Shown: positions 12,559 to 25,553, numbered from the whole stretch's first letter. The stretch: 62,984 nt of DNA, filler included, from Basidiobolus ranarum (GCA_040143965.1; 40 parts of 40 records of this genome joined end to end with filler, not necessarily neighbours in it), one strand, 5' to 3'. A program made the numbers and translations. The notes: generated from the sequence alone by a model not told the origin.

Positions 12559-12658
12559 NNNNNNNNNNNNNNNNNNNNNNNNNNNNNNNNNNNNNNNNNN
12601 NNTTAATTAATTAANNNNNNNNNNNNNNNNNNNNNNNNNNNNNNNNNNNNNNNNNNNN

Positions 12659-13526
12659 TAAATCAAGCAGACCACTGGTGGTCGTCACAAGGCTTGGGTG
12701 TGTTGAGCAATTGGTTTGATAGTCCAGCCACAATCAAGAAAAATAATCAAGATGTCGGCCTGTGGGAAATCCCCATTCAATTGGTCGCCCTTCTAAGCTA
12801 TCCCGATAGTTACCCTTCGAAAAACCCAAGCTATGCAGGTCAGTACACTTGACGTTGTTGTATAAGCCTATCTAACCCGCCTTTTACTTAGAACTCCGAG
12901 AGATTTCACAGGTGACTCAGAGACGCTAGATGCTTGTGCTTCTGACTGTATATGCGTTGATTGTTCGATATGCCTCGTTCGATTTATTCCTTCTGGTACT
13001 TTTCGCTTCTCATTGTACTATACTCTTTTTGATGAAGAACTCCACCAAAGTAAATATGCAAATGGCCAAAAGGTGTAGTAATTGTCGCTAACAGTAATTC
13101 GAACGATGGTCAGTGTTTTAACCAGCTTACTGATATATTAGGACTGTCCGGCAACGAGTTAATTGGGCCAAGCAATGGGCGGGTGGTATCTTTCGCAAAA
13201 ATGGACCACCACCCAATTCAGTCCAACCACGCCCATCCAACATTGTATTATATCCTGGCAAGCAATCTTCCAACACATCTCCAACTGAAAGCCCTAATAC
13301 GAGCCAGCCCGATAGCACTCGATCACAAAAACGCTTCTTTCTGAGGGCAAAAAACAATACCAGCCCTGACTTGGGTAGCAACAATTTGGCTTCCGAGAAT
13401 CTTCCCTCACCGCCAGCCACGAAGCAAAAACGAAGATTCTTTAGCAAATCGAAGGGAAATAATCCAAATTTGCTTCCCCCCATTGAAACCTCCGATATAG
13501 AGCCTGATGGTTCAAAATTACTTTAA
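12659..13526 (+). pseudogene. Three-exon gene fragment for an uncharacterised membrane protein, with one in-frame TAG
   Basis: Exons ~12659-12838, ~12892-13072 and ~13142-13526 with GT-AG introns splice in frame to ...ELREISQVTQRR*MLVLLTVYALIVRYASFDLFLLVLFASHCTILFLMKNSTKVNMQMAKRTVRQRVNWAKQWAGGIFRK...; TAG at 12927-12929. Confidence 0.65.
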
Positions 13527-14238
13527 TGTCAACATACTTTAAATCAACTATATTCGAAACATCGTCATAGGGATTGATAATCGAGCTTCACCTATATTGC
13601 GCATCTCGATGTACCCGCTTTTCTAAGTTAGCCTTTCTCTGTAACTTCAGGATATTAGTTCTGCTTACATAAACATAAGATATATATTTTTGATGATACC
13701 ACCAACATGACTCGGTGCTGCATTGTTAGGGTTAGTCCACGCTGATACCTTTTGCTGTAGTTTTTACTTGGATGGAAGTTGTGGCAAGTGTACCATTCCA
13801 GAACACAATGCAGCTGAAGTTAAACAAATGGTACAATTGTTCAAAGCTTAACCCTCAGTGGATGGGTGCAGTTTGTGTGCGAGTGAGCATATCAGCAGGC
13901 ACATAATCATTTTTATAGCAATTATGCGTGAATGTAGAAATCTATGATATGTAAGGTGTATTGTATCCCATTATTTAACTTTACTTTATTCCTATCATAG
14001 TGAATTAGCACTCAATTATGCGATTCCACAACGGGATATTTTAGTTCCGATAGGTTGAACCAGCAACTATAGTTTTATCTTGAGGAATCTTAGCATCGGG
14101 AAATTACCTGTGATAAAATATATCTCAATATCAAACGCNNNNNNNNNNNNNNNNNNNNNNNNNNNNNNNNNNNNNNNNNNNNTTAATTAATTAANNNNNN
14201 NNNNNNNNNNNNNNNNNNNNNNNNNNNNNNNNNNNNNN

Positions 14239-14452
14239 GTTAATACTGATTGGATAATGATCATGTGACTGGTCATATGATATGATGGAAGGGATAAGCA
14301 AATAGATAGTTAGTCAGGTGATAGGTCATATGATAAAGTCACTGGATATGGTCAGGTGACTAGTTAGCAATAATGATAAACTAAACAGATATTCAAACAA
14401 GTTGTACAGATATGGCATAAGTTTAAACAACTTTGTATATTGGTGCACAACA
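14239..14452 (-). repeat. LTR family D end (TGTTGTGCACC...) inserted in copia
   Basis: Reverse complement of 19805-20017. Confidence 0.8.
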
Positions 14453-15718
14453 ATGAAGTGTGATTTGAGGTGAAAAATTTGCTTGTCATTAAGATGACCT
14501 AGCTGCACTTGATTAACTTCTGATTTTTGGTATCAGACAGTGTGTAGGCCTTAGATCCATCAAGGTAACCAAGACATATGCATTTTCTGCTTTTGGGTTC
14601 CAATTTAGAGTGTTTTTGAGTTTGAATTAGGCAATATGCTATGCACTCAAAGATTCTGAGATGATCTGCATTTGATTTGATTTATATAAGGCTTCAAATA
14701 GTGTAGAATTTTGTAGCAATCTTGTTGGGCATCTGTTTTTGATATATTGGTAATCTAACTTTTGATCATATAGCATTGATTGTGCCATCTCCACTATGGT
14801 CAACACTGGTACATTCTGCAACTGCATTTTGCTGTGGAGGATAAGATACAGGTATTTGTTGCTTAATTCCATGTTTAAAACAAGAAATAGTAAAGTCTTT
14901 AGTACAGTACTCTCTTCCATTATCACTCCTTAATACCCTTATTTTTTGTGCTGATTCCTTCTCTACCATTGCTTTGTAGTGCCTGAGCATAGCTAAGGCT
15001 TTAGATTTTGATATCAGAAATAATACCCAAGTATATCTTGCTTTGTCATTAATTAAGTTCTTAAAGCACCTTTTCCCACCTAGTGAGATGTTTATCATGG
15101 GCTTATATAGGTCATAATGATTCAGGGCACTATTCAGAATGGGCATGATCTCTCTACAGCTTGAAAATGGATGTCTGTGATGTTTTATATATATGCAACC
15201 TTCACACAGATCCAGTTTAGTGATATTCCCAACTTCTAAGCATGAAATAAGCTGATTTTGGATCATTTGGGTCAGTTTTTGTTCCCCAATGTGGCCTAAT
15301 CTTCTATGCCATGTTTGACAGCCTATTTCACCAGGTGTGGCCAAGTTTGCATGCTCAGAATGCAACTTGCTGATTTCTAGCTTGTATGAGTTTTGAGTTT
15401 GATCCCAGTAGCTGCTTTTGTCTTATTCTGATCTGTGATAGTGCATCCAGCCTTACTGAACACAAAATTCAGTCCTTGAGTTATTGCCTGGCTTACTGAG
15501 AGTAGATTCTTAGCTATGTTTGGTAACAGAGTACATCATCCAATTTTGCAGATGGTGTAGCTGTATTTTGGTCTAAATTGAGCACAACTGTGCCCTTACC
15601 AACTGCATCTTGTGCATAGGCATCACCTCAGTATACTTTCCTTGTTTCAATTGGTTTTAAGCTGGGAAACCAATGATTCCTGTTTGACATATGGTGGGAA
15701 GCTCCTGAATCAATGGCA
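14453..15718 (-). mobile_element. Ty1/copia protease-integrase remnant
   Basis: IDSGASHHM, WHRRLGHIG, CEGC, LRSDNGREY. Confidence 0.94.
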
Positions 15719-15818
15719 NNNNNNNNNNNNNNNNNNNNNNNNNNNNNNNNNNNNNNNNNNNNTTAATTAATTAANNNNNNNNNNNNNNNNNNNNNNNNNN
15801 NNNNNNNNNNNNNNNNNN

Positions 15819-16083
15819 ATACAGAAAACTAACACTGGGGTTGTGTTCAGAACATCTGTGGGAGTAAAATGAGCTATTTTTGGGGCAATTCGGACAAGTT
15901 TGAAATTTTCAATATGGAATTGCTAATTCTCACATTATTCACATATGTATATAATATATGTTCCAATTTTCTGCTAAGTGATATTTGACTAAGCAATGCT
16001 AACTAACTTATATGTGATATATGAAATAGTTAGGTGTATAAAGACAGTGATAATAAATATGATAAAGACAATAAACTTCAACA
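15819..16083. repeat. LTR family C (ends ...AAACTTCAACA)
   Basis: Same sequence at 40362-40812 and, reversed, at 28240-28348 and 32756-33079. Confidence 0.8.
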
Positions 16084-17139
16084 TAGGTAATGGAAGCTTT
16101 TACACAGCAGAACTTGATGGAGCAGAATCAGACTACCAGTTGCAGGGAACTGGCTACAGTTATTCAAAACTAGAGGAAATGACTCAACCTCCTGAGTTTG
16201 GTATTTCACTCAAGCTCAAAGTTCAGAGGGAGGTTGAAGTAGTGAGGTAGCATTGCTATGTGCTGACAGGGTGGCTTATTTCCGCTCCAAGCTCATATTA
16301 TTACTATTGTACAATTTCTATTTTATTATTCATATTTGGCATGCCCATGTTTTCTAGCCTATTGTAACACACCATTAGTATTATTCCCAATTATTTGAGA
16401 TTTATCAGTATTAACCCACAAAAGCCCTATTATTGTCTGGAAAATGCAACAATCTTCCAGAACATTCCACAAGATTCTTGGAATGTTTGATGTTTGATTG
16501 AATTTGACCAATCAAAACTTGTTTTTGCCTAAATATTCCATGACTTTTGGGATTATTCTACAATCTTCTGGAATATTTCCTGGATTACTAATCTTAAGAA
16601 TTATGACAATATCATAACCCCAGATCCCCACCAATAGAATTCTCTGGAACTTTCCCAAAATTCTCATTAGTAATCAAATCTACCTTCAGGAAAGTATCAA
16701 TTGGAGCCATTTGTTTATAAATAAAAATTATCCTTGTTTTCAACCAACAATTACTACTTGTGACCATGCCTTATATTTATCACCACTTACAAGACCTTTG
16801 AAGAGAAAGCTCAAGAGAGACTACTAGAGACAGCAACTGGCTGCTATTTGACTAGAAAGGACTTGACTGGTGCAAAGGAAGTACTGTCAGGTAGGTGTAA
16901 TATTTCTGATACTATATATCTCTTTCCTAGCTTTGTCTGCATAGGCAAGGCACTTTTCATATCTGTGGATAAATTACTACTAGTGCATACTTGTTCAACT
17001 CCCTGCTGACTGAGTTTACAGTTGTTTTTGATTGGATATACCTTTCTTATCTGGGCATTCTCAAAGGATGTTAAAGCTAGTATATTCTTTTGTCAGGTGC
17101 CAGCATATTTCTCAATATAAAGCTGGGCATTACACTGTG

Positions 17140-17298
17140 CCCTAACAAAAATAAAATCTCCAAAATAGCAAAACTGTCAGAGAACCGTCACAATATTGTT
17201 GGCTTGCATTCTGCCAGGGATTTTGATGATGTAATGGCGGTTTCTTGACGGTATCTTGGCGGTATTCATACATGTTAAAATATTGATCCTCAAATTTG
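17140..17298 (-). mobile_element. CMC element terminus R2
   Basis: CCCTAACAAAAAT followed by the R2 subterminal sequence. Confidence 0.7.
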
Positions 17299-17398
17299 NN
17301 NNNNNNNNNNNNNNNNNNNNNNNNNNNNNNNNNNNNNNNNNNTTAATTAATTAANNNNNNNNNNNNNNNNNNNNNNNNNNNNNNNNNNNNNNNNNNNN

Positions 17399-17800
17399 CC
17401 AGGCATCTTCAACATCATTCATCACTGAAGCTAGATAATTCTCACTTACTTGAAGCCTGGTATGGAAGCTTCTCCCACTTTTGCTACCATTAATAGTGCA
17501 CTGAAATCTGATTGGACAATAGTTTTTGTAGTAGCAAAACAAATTGACTAGCTGCTTTCTGGTAGGTATTGGAGTATATGAGCCATAGTATTTCTCAAAT
17601 ATAGCTTCTATGGTGGTGATAGGAAAGCCAGTAGTTGCTTTTAAATTAATAAGGAATGACTATTTAAAGTAGATGGAGAGCATGATATTAATCTTGTATT
17701 GAGCTGACACAATACTGATTGATCTGGTGCGTGCAAGTTGTTTATCTAAGAATTTCAATTATCATGGTAAAATTCCCTACATTCTGTATAATTAAATTTC
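17399..17800 (-). mobile_element. PIF/Harbinger-superfamily (DDE_Tnp_4) transposase, N-terminal remnant
   Basis: Near-identical to 31313-31502; upstream boundary approximate. Confidence 0.75.
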
Positions 17801-18068
17801 TGTTTGTGTTTATTATGCTAATTATTTCAATTATGTGTAATTGCATTTGAAATTTTATAATAAACTGCATCAGCAAAGTTAATCATAGTTTGATCCACAT
17901 CAATTTATTTAGCATACATATTGAAACTGCACAAAGTGGGATGCATTATGCTTGATCACACTATAGGAAATTAACTTTGACATTTTAACCAATAATATAA
18001 AACAATCCCTAATTCTGATTGAAACCAATAAAGTCTAACATAACAGATATATATGGTAGTACCATATC

Positions 18069-18770
18069 ATGTTAAAACAGATTCTTCCTGATTCACAACC
18101 TACTTTGGTACAGGAAACCACCACTTCCAAAATTTTGTGTGCACAGTCAAATGAAGGTGTGCATGGCACAAAGCAGCACATGCCTAACAATTTTACAGAT
18201 GCCCAGGTATCCACTATGAATTCTTGCTTAGCTATATGGGAGTTAGTGATAGACTTGACAGAAGCTGGGGAAGGAGGCATTAGACAAAAGTGGATGCAAA
18301 TTTTGGCTCTGCTTTGGAGAGAATACTATATCTTTATGCCTTCAGAAGTCTGCAAGAAAATATACAATAAGGATCATGAGGATAAAAAGTGTGAATTGAG
18401 AAATACAAATTTTGATTTTGAGTGCACAAACACACAATTCCAATTGCATTTTTGCTTGTATGGACTGGAAGCAACCATTGCAGCCTCAACTTTAGAGATA
18501 AAAGATGTTCTAAATTGATATTTACCACTACTCAATGAGACTTTGCAGCAACCGTTGATGGAGGTTGCAGAGTTCAAAACAACATTTCAGGACACTATGA
18601 TAAGAGTAATTAACAGAGGTGTAAAGAGAAAAGCAAGACAATTTATTGCATCAGAAGATATTGCCAAAGGCAAATTGGAGCAGTCTAGACCATCGCAGAG
18701 ATGTACTCAATCACTCCAATTCTCCTGATGAGGTACCTATTTCACAAGAAGAATATACATTGTAGTATGG
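18069..18770 (+). pseudogene. Probable Myb/SANT-like accessory ORF of the Harbinger-type element, divergent from the transposase
   Basis: NFTDAQV...KWMQILALLWREY...SEVCKKIYNK resembles a trihelix/SANT pattern; CpG-depleted and frameshifted; same contig as the transposase 5' end. Confidence 0.5.
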
Positions 18771-18978
18771 GATAGGGGTTTTAACTTAAATATTCAGTAA
18801 TAAAGCTTAATCCCACTACAAATCTCCAGCAAAGATGAATTTTTTATACTGGAAGCTTAAAAATATCGATAGGAGATANNNNNNNNNNNNNNNNNNNNNN
18901 NNNNNNNNNNNNNNNNNNNNNNTTAATTAATTAANNNNNNNNNNNNNNNNNNNNNNNNNNNNNNNNNNNNNNNNNNNN

Positions 18979-19804
18979 TTCTAACTTGTGGGTAAAGTCT
19001 CCCCCAAATCTTTGGGATCTCTACCAATCTCTCCACTGCCTTCCATCCCCAATCCAATGGCCAAGCAGAAAAACTCAACCAAGTTTTAGAACAATATTTG
19101 AGATGCACCATTAACTATGATAAAGACAATTAGAGACAACTCTTGCCTTTTGCGGTATTTGTTTACAACAACTCTTAGCACACTTCAATGTAACAAATGC
19201 CTTTTTTCAAATTATGGATTAAATCCTAGTCTCACAATTCTACCTCAGTTTGCTGCCTCATTTCAAGCCACTATCCTTGTGGACATCTGTAAACAATTAA
19301 TATCTAAGTTGGAGCATACTCAATCTCAATACAAGAACTTTGCTGTTAAGAAAAGAAAGGTTAACCCTGATCTCTAGACTGGAGATTATATATGGCAAAT
19401 CCAAAAAACTATCCAGACCACTATATCTATGATAAAGTTGATCATAAATGACTAGGGCCTTTCAAGATTATTAAGCAAATTAAATCAGTAGCCGTCCATC
19501 TAGAACTTGCAGACCATTTCAAAGCTCACATTGTATACCGTGTGTCTCTCCTAGAGGCATGTTTCAGAAACACCTTCCATGGCCAAAGCACAAACCCACC
19601 CCCAGCAATCAAATAGAAAAACACTCTGAATGTGAAGTTAGCAAAATTCCAGATTCAAGAATTTATCAACATAAATTGCAATATCAAGTGGATTGGATGT
19701 GATACTCAACAAATGATCAGTCATGGACTAGGAAAAAATGTTTTCAACTCAAGAAAACTTTGCCACAAGTTTCATGAAGCCTTCTCAGAAAAACCTGGCC
19801 CTAT
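18979..19804 (+). mobile_element. Ty3/gypsy integrase C-terminus with chromodomain (chromovirus-like)
   Basis: [36 protein letters not shown]...LQY.KWIG...KFHE....KPGP. Confidence 0.9.
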
Positions 19805-20457
19805 TGTTGTGCACCAATATACAAAGTTATTTAAACTTATGCCATATCTAAACATCTGGTGTGAATATCTGTTTAGTTTATCATTGTTGCTGAGTAGTCA
19901 CCTGACCTTATCCAGTGACCCTATCATGTGACTTATCACATGACTAACTATCTATTTACTTATCCCTTCTATCAGATTATATGACCAATCACATGATCAT
20001 TATCCAATCAGTATTCACCTCCAAGTCATCTGCCTAGACACAAGTCAATTTGAGTCATAAGATTCATAACTAATGATCTTTCACTGCCAAGACTTCAGCT
20101 GATGCATGACTCACTTTTCTATCTATATATCTATCCATTCTCATTTTCTTTTATCAGAATTAGTCATATAATATCTTGGTACTGACTAATTCACTTTGCT
20201 ATAAAGAGTATGAATAAAGCTAACTGAACCTTATGGTTTAGTGTTTGTCTCAACAAATATAGGATCTCAACACCTCTCAGTGTTTCTCAACAAATTCAAT
20301 ATTTCTCTCTCATTTCTATCCAAGCTTAGTATCCACTAGCACCAATAGAACACCAAGCCTAGCTGCCTAGCAAACCTACTCTCTACTGTAACATAGCAAC
20401 CCACTGCTATTCCCAAGACATATATTAGTTAGATCTGCTCTGCTGATATATCCTGCT
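19805..20457 (+). repeat. LTR family D (5' part)
   Basis: Starts TGTTGTGCACC; its distal part overlaps 34756-35152, which ends TTTGACA. Confidence 0.8.
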
Positions 20458-20559
20458 NNNNNNNNNNNNNNNNNNNNNNNNNNNNNNNNNNNNNNNNNNN
20501 NTTAATTAATTAANNNNNNNNNNNNNNNNNNNNNNNNNNNNNNNNNNNNNNNNNNNNGT

Positions 20560-20706
20560 CGTGGACGCTTTGGCCGTGGCCGGTTTGGCGGACGTGGAAG
20601 ATTTGGTCGTTTCGGTGGTCGCGGTTTTGGTAGATTCAGGAGATTCGGCTATGGTGGATATGGATGGAATGATGATTGTGGTGGAGATGACTGTGGAAGC
20701 TGTTAG
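20560..20706 (+). CDS. C-terminus of a small Gly/Arg/Phe-rich protein with an acidic Cys tail
   Basis: RGRFGRGRFGGRGRFGRFGGRGFGRFRRFGYGGYGWNDDCGGDDCGSC*; synonymous codon variation; AATAAA about 100 nt downstream. Confidence 0.75.
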   Translation, partial: RGRFGRGRFGGRGRFGRFGGRGFGRFRRFGYGGYGWNDDCGGDDCGSC

Positions 20707-21663
20707 TCGATACATGCCTCCAATCTGACGATCTTGAATGATCCTTGGAAATCTCTTTATACCTTACTTTCACACCCTTGGTTTACTAATTCTTTTGACT
20801 AATTGAATAAAATAATTCCATATGTGACTTTACATCATACTATTGAAGTATCTTATTTCCAACTACTAGTTTCAGCTGCTTGCACAACTAAAATTAAGCA
20901 TAATAAAAGCTAATTGATAAAACCCTCGTGACTTCTCAAACGGTATGCAATTTTAGAGGTCACAAAATATACATCTTAAATGTACAGCGTAGGGCATAAA
21001 GTGCTACGGACGTAACTGAAATATACAGTCCAACAACCATTACTAAATGCTGTAATAAGTAAAATATCAGTAAGACGTTGAATATACCAGTAAAAACGAG
21101 GCACCTGAATTATTCTGCGTGAGAAACACATCTCTGTGTCCATCTCTCACCAAGTGATCGACCACATATCCAAACACGATAATGTTGATCCCTTCCTTCC
21201 AGGTGCTCTGACCTATGAACGACACTAGTAATTTGTACGTCTAAGCTCCAGTGTTTAACGGAATTCGGTAGAATTAATCTGTGTTTGTAATGGCGTATAT
21301 TATACTTAGCTAATAACGATACTGTTAATATAAGTAGATATTTACACTACCTGCTTTCACATAAAGACGCAGTTACCTATGTGAGCATCTATTAATCTTT
21401 ACGGAGCGGTTCTTAAAGATCTGATGCTCTGTTTTAGGACAGGACCACAGCAGTATGTTAGGATGATTCGAGAATTTTTCTCCAACACAGTCCTCCTTCA
21501 TACGTTAGACTCGTAAAGTTAGCGAATACTGAATCTGGATTTGAGTTATTTTAAATTGCCTGCATCTTTATTATACCAAAAAACATTTTTGAAGATATAA
21601 AAGAGCGCGATAGTATCATGTCTTCATACAACTTCGGTTTGTTTTTCATCAGTCATACCGAAA

Positions 21664-22036
21664 ATGTTTCTCAGAATTACTCTCAGCATCACCATATTGT
21701 TAGCCTCTCTAACTAATGCGGCCGACACTAAGCCAAGCTTACCTGCTGACCAAACTAATGAATTTTCTGCATCTAGTCTTCCGTTAGATGAGAAGATGAT
21801 CATTGACGCGGATACCGATTTCTTCGTCCCCGACTTCATGTTAGATAAGGAAGTTGAACTCACCCCCAAAGAATCCCAAATGCGCCGTATCAACCTAAAA
21901 AAAGTATTATCTCGTTTGTCTAAAGCCTCTGGAGTAAAGAAAGGAAAATCCAACCCACTCAAGAGGATGGCACCAGCAATGAAGAAGAAGTTGTTGAACA
22001 GAAGGGTCCACTTGCGACCAATTTTGTTGGCAGCGG
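21664..22036 (+). CDS. Predicted secreted protein of unknown function, 3'-truncated
   Basis: Signal-peptide-like MFLRITLSITILLASLTNA, TATAAAA near 21596, acidic then highly basic segment; CpG intact. Confidence 0.7.
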
Positions 22037-22136
22037 NNNNNNNNNNNNNNNNNNNNNNNNNNNNNNNNNNNNNNNNNNNNTTAATTAATTAANNNNNNNN
22101 NNNNNNNNNNNNNNNNNNNNNNNNNNNNNNNNNNNN

Positions 22137-22597
22137 GGTTCACATTGAACCAAAACGCCGTTCTTCAAACCACAGGAACCATCAGGTGAAGTGATGATAT
22201 TGGTGGGACTGGGAACAACTGAGGTGGTTACACTAGGCTTCGCAGAACTAGTTGGCTTAATTGAGATGGTTGGCTTCACTGTAGGCTTAACGGTGGTGGT
22301 TGGCTTGGTAGTCTTGCACTGGAATTGGCAGTTGGCCACACAGTGGTCATTGCTACTTCCACACCTATAAACAAATTGAAATTAGTTCCTGATGGTCTTC
22401 ATAATTGAAGCAGGCCATTACCTGCAAACCACCAAATCAACTTACCATCCATATGAAGAGCAGCACTCGCCACTAGGACAAGTGACCTTTTCACCATTGA
22501 TCACACCGCAGCGGTCATCCTTAGAGACGCGGGCTTGCGTAGCTGTGACCTGGAGGAAAACGGCAATGGAGAGAAGCACAGCTTTCGAGAAATACAT
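22137..22597 (-). CDS. Secreted hevein/CBM18 chitin-binding protein, 3'-truncated
   Basis: Signal peptide, RCG...TCPSGECCSSYGW|CGSSNDHCVANCQFQC (intron 22365-22445), Thr/Pro/Lys linker, start of a second domain SPDGSCG. Confidence 0.92.
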
Positions 22598-23388
22598 TGT
22601 TAATTTAGAATAATACTACACTGCCATCCCCACTCCTCTATATTTATATAGCTCAAAGTCAGATTAGATATACATCACAATATTTATTTCCCACTGATGT
22701 GACACATGATTTGTCCTAAAGTTTAGTATTTCGATTGTTCACATTTGAAAAGAATCCTTTTTTGAAGTTTTATTTTTACACTGTACAACTCGAAGTCTGT
22801 CTTTGAGGTACCAACAGAATATCTAATTTACCATTGGTGCAATAATTGGAGAAATCAGGTTAGCAATGTGAGATTAAATTGAAAACACTCCTTAGAATAC
22901 AATTTACTTGAGCGGTATATTTGGCTAGTTTCAGCTTCCTAAATCTCTAAATAGATCTTTGTAGTAAATCGGATTTAGCGTGAACATTGGAATGGTGTAT
23001 CGGATTTAGCCTATATATGTATTTAGCAAGGTACAAACCGGAACAGCCCCAGTTGCCATTTATTGCTAGTATGTATTACTATTACAGCAATATTTCCCTA
23101 TACCTGCTTACTATCATGATAGCAGCCAATGATCAAAAGTCGATGTCGAACATTACACTCCAAACTTCTGCCGCTAGAGTTCGTCACCATCAGCAACAAT
23201 TCAATATTTATCAACGATAATCAGTTGCAGAATAGAAGTGATATGACAAAGAATAGTTCTTTGCATTGCTTTAAAAAATTTATTTTGATTTTGCTGCTTG
23301 AAAGTCAGCCATTAGATTATTTAGGTACTGAGCCTATATGCCTATGATGTAGAGGTATGATGTAGATATATGGGAAAACGGTAGGAAT

Positions 23389-23614
23389 CTAATAGTATAA
23401 GTCGGAATCACCGAGGCAATCAGCAACAGTGGTGATCTTGAATCCAGATTTGATCACGGTATCAAGAATACCAGCGGCAGCTTGGATAGTGCTGGGTTGA
23501 ATGTCATGTTGGAGAGAGATGAAACGGTCATTCTTGATGTTGGCCTTGGAAAGAACATCCTTGTACACTTTGAGGGACTTGGCTGGGTTCTTGTGTTCCC
23601 AGTCAAGAGTATCA
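23389..23614 (-). CDS. Chitin/polysaccharide deacetylase (CE4) C-terminus
   Basis: DTLDWEHKNP...FISLQHDIQPST...GFKITTVADCLGDSDLYY* contains CE4 motifs 4 and 5. Not in the ORF track. Confidence 0.9.
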
Positions 23615-23714
23615 NNNNNNNNNNNNNNNNNNNNNNNNNNNNNNNNNNNNNNNNNNNNTTAATTAATTAANNNNNNNNNNNNNNNNNNNNNNNNNNNNNN
23701 NNNNNNNNNNNNNN

Positions 23715-24819
23715 CAGAAGGCAAGATTTTATGAGCCAGAGGTTGTTATTGAGAACATTCCAAAATCAACACCAAGAACAACTGAACAAGGACCTTTGCA
23801 GCCTAACTAGCAGATGCAATCCAATATTAGCAAGAAGGCAGATCCTGAGACATTTACCAAGAGGATCTTAGACTCTTGCCCCTCTGTCACAATAGGGGAA
23901 CTAGTTAGTGTATCACCTACTGTCAGAAAGAATCTAGATGACAGTATATGTACTAGGAGATAACCTATTGATCAACCTTCTTCAAGATTAATACAGACAA
24001 CTCATGATAAACAACTTGCCAAGATGAACAAGGAAACACCAACATTTACATACTACTCAGTGGTCACAGCCATAGTTAGTGGGACTAATCATGGAGACCT
24101 TATACAATGCCATATTGATAGTGGTCAGAGATTTGTGTGATGCCAATGGGCTTCTATAAGACCTTACCATGCAAATACTTGCTCCCAATGGATGCTGACA
24201 TACACTGGAATATGCGCAATGCCAACACTGGAGTCTCTTAACTTTTAGGAGTCATTCATGTGTTTCCCATCAACATACTAGGAGTAGAGCACACTATACC
24301 TGTCTTCCTCCATCAAAAAGCAAACTTCAATCTACTACTTGGAACCATGAGAGATAAAAGCAAGAGCAATAGTCATGACTTACCCTGCTGGATCTGTTTG
24401 GTACACCATTTATGGGAGCAACCCAGGACTACTTGCCAACTTTTGTCAAGCACCAGCTACTGACCGTAGAACTCAAACTGAGTGCAGAAGCACCATCAAT
24501 TAAGATACTCACTACCAAATACATTATATATCCAACCTCAAACTTAGCTTGGGGATCTGCTTAGGACCTACAGTACAAGAAGCCATTGTTAGGACCAAGT
24601 ATATGATAGTTACTACTAAAGTAAAACCTTCCCTTGATCCACTCACTGATGGAACCAGACCAGCCACTCTAGAAAGGGTGCTACAAGACAATAACACTAG
24701 TCTCTAATTAATTCCATAGAGACTAGCTACTGTCAAGATTGGCAATGGCAACTTCACCCCTGAGGCAGTTTAACTAATCAGAGTTATGAATGTTGGACAT
24801 GACAGATTCTTTACATACA
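23715..24819 (+). mobile_element. Degenerate Ty3/gypsy-like gag-protease region
   Basis: HIDSG.EICVMP and NFNLLLG.PW aspartic protease motifs across frameshifts. Confidence 0.7.
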
Positions 24820-25192
24820 CCCTAACTGAAATTGGAGGATTGTGATTGTAGGAGAACCATCACAATTTTGATCCATTTGGGATTGACCATTTACTTACCA
24901 TCATAAAATCATCAAGTTAGATTTGATTTTAATCAATTTTTTCAGTTTCAGAAGTGAAATTTCAAGAACTTGCAAAATAGTTGTGCATGATTAGCTACAA
25001 TTGCAGAGAAATATGGATCAACACATGTGCAAAAAACATAACTCAAATTTAACATGCATACCACTTGAATGCTAATTTGTCACCTTCAAAATCCCTAGTC
25101 TCTTTGATACATTCTCCTGAATATTTTTATAGAGTTCTTCATACCCAAAGTTTAGCTCATACCCAACACAAGTATGAATCAGTATCTCCATC
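24820..25192 (-). mobile_element. R1 copy with terminus (CCCTAAC)
   Basis: Reverse complement of about 385-750. Confidence 0.75.
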
Positions 25193-25292
25193 NNNNNNNN
25201 NNNNNNNNNNNNNNNNNNNNNNNNNNNNNNNNNNNNTTAATTAATTAANNNNNNNNNNNNNNNNNNNNNNNNNNNNNNNNNNNNNNNNNNNN

Positions 25293-25553
25293 ATATTGGT
25301 CTGGCCAGGATTTTAACCTGGGGCCTCCTTCACTCTAGCAAGGTGCTCTAACCACTGAGCTACCAGTCCTTGTATGCTATGCCTATATTGCTAGGGAACC
25401 TTAGCCTAATCTGTCAATGTGTGGTATTTTTGGCATTTCAGCTTTACAAGCAACTGATTGGCCTTAGACTTTGTGTTCAGATGCAGTCACCATACTCCAT
25501 ATTTTCCTTTTTGGGAATTACTGCTTGTACCACAAGTCACCAGACTTTCAACA
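25293..25553 (-). mobile_element. tRNA-carrying LTR-like element (family B), 5' part, nested in a family-A-like 3' LTR
   Basis: On the minus strand it starts TGTTGAAAG at 25553, where similarity to LTR A stops. Confidence 0.65.
25297..25369 (-). tRNA. tRNA-like gene, anticodon AGA, short variable loop, inside an LTR-like element
   Basis: Cloverleaf as at 31615-31687 with two substitutions (T-loop TTAAAAT). Confidence 0.7.

Noticed and set aside
13127-13483. 118-aa minus-strand ORF
   Set aside because: Antisense to the last exon of the plus-strand spliced gene.
20506-20715. Thr/Ser-rich minus-strand ORF
   Set aside because: More simply the antisense of the Gly-Arg-Phe frame, which has a stop and a downstream AATAAA.
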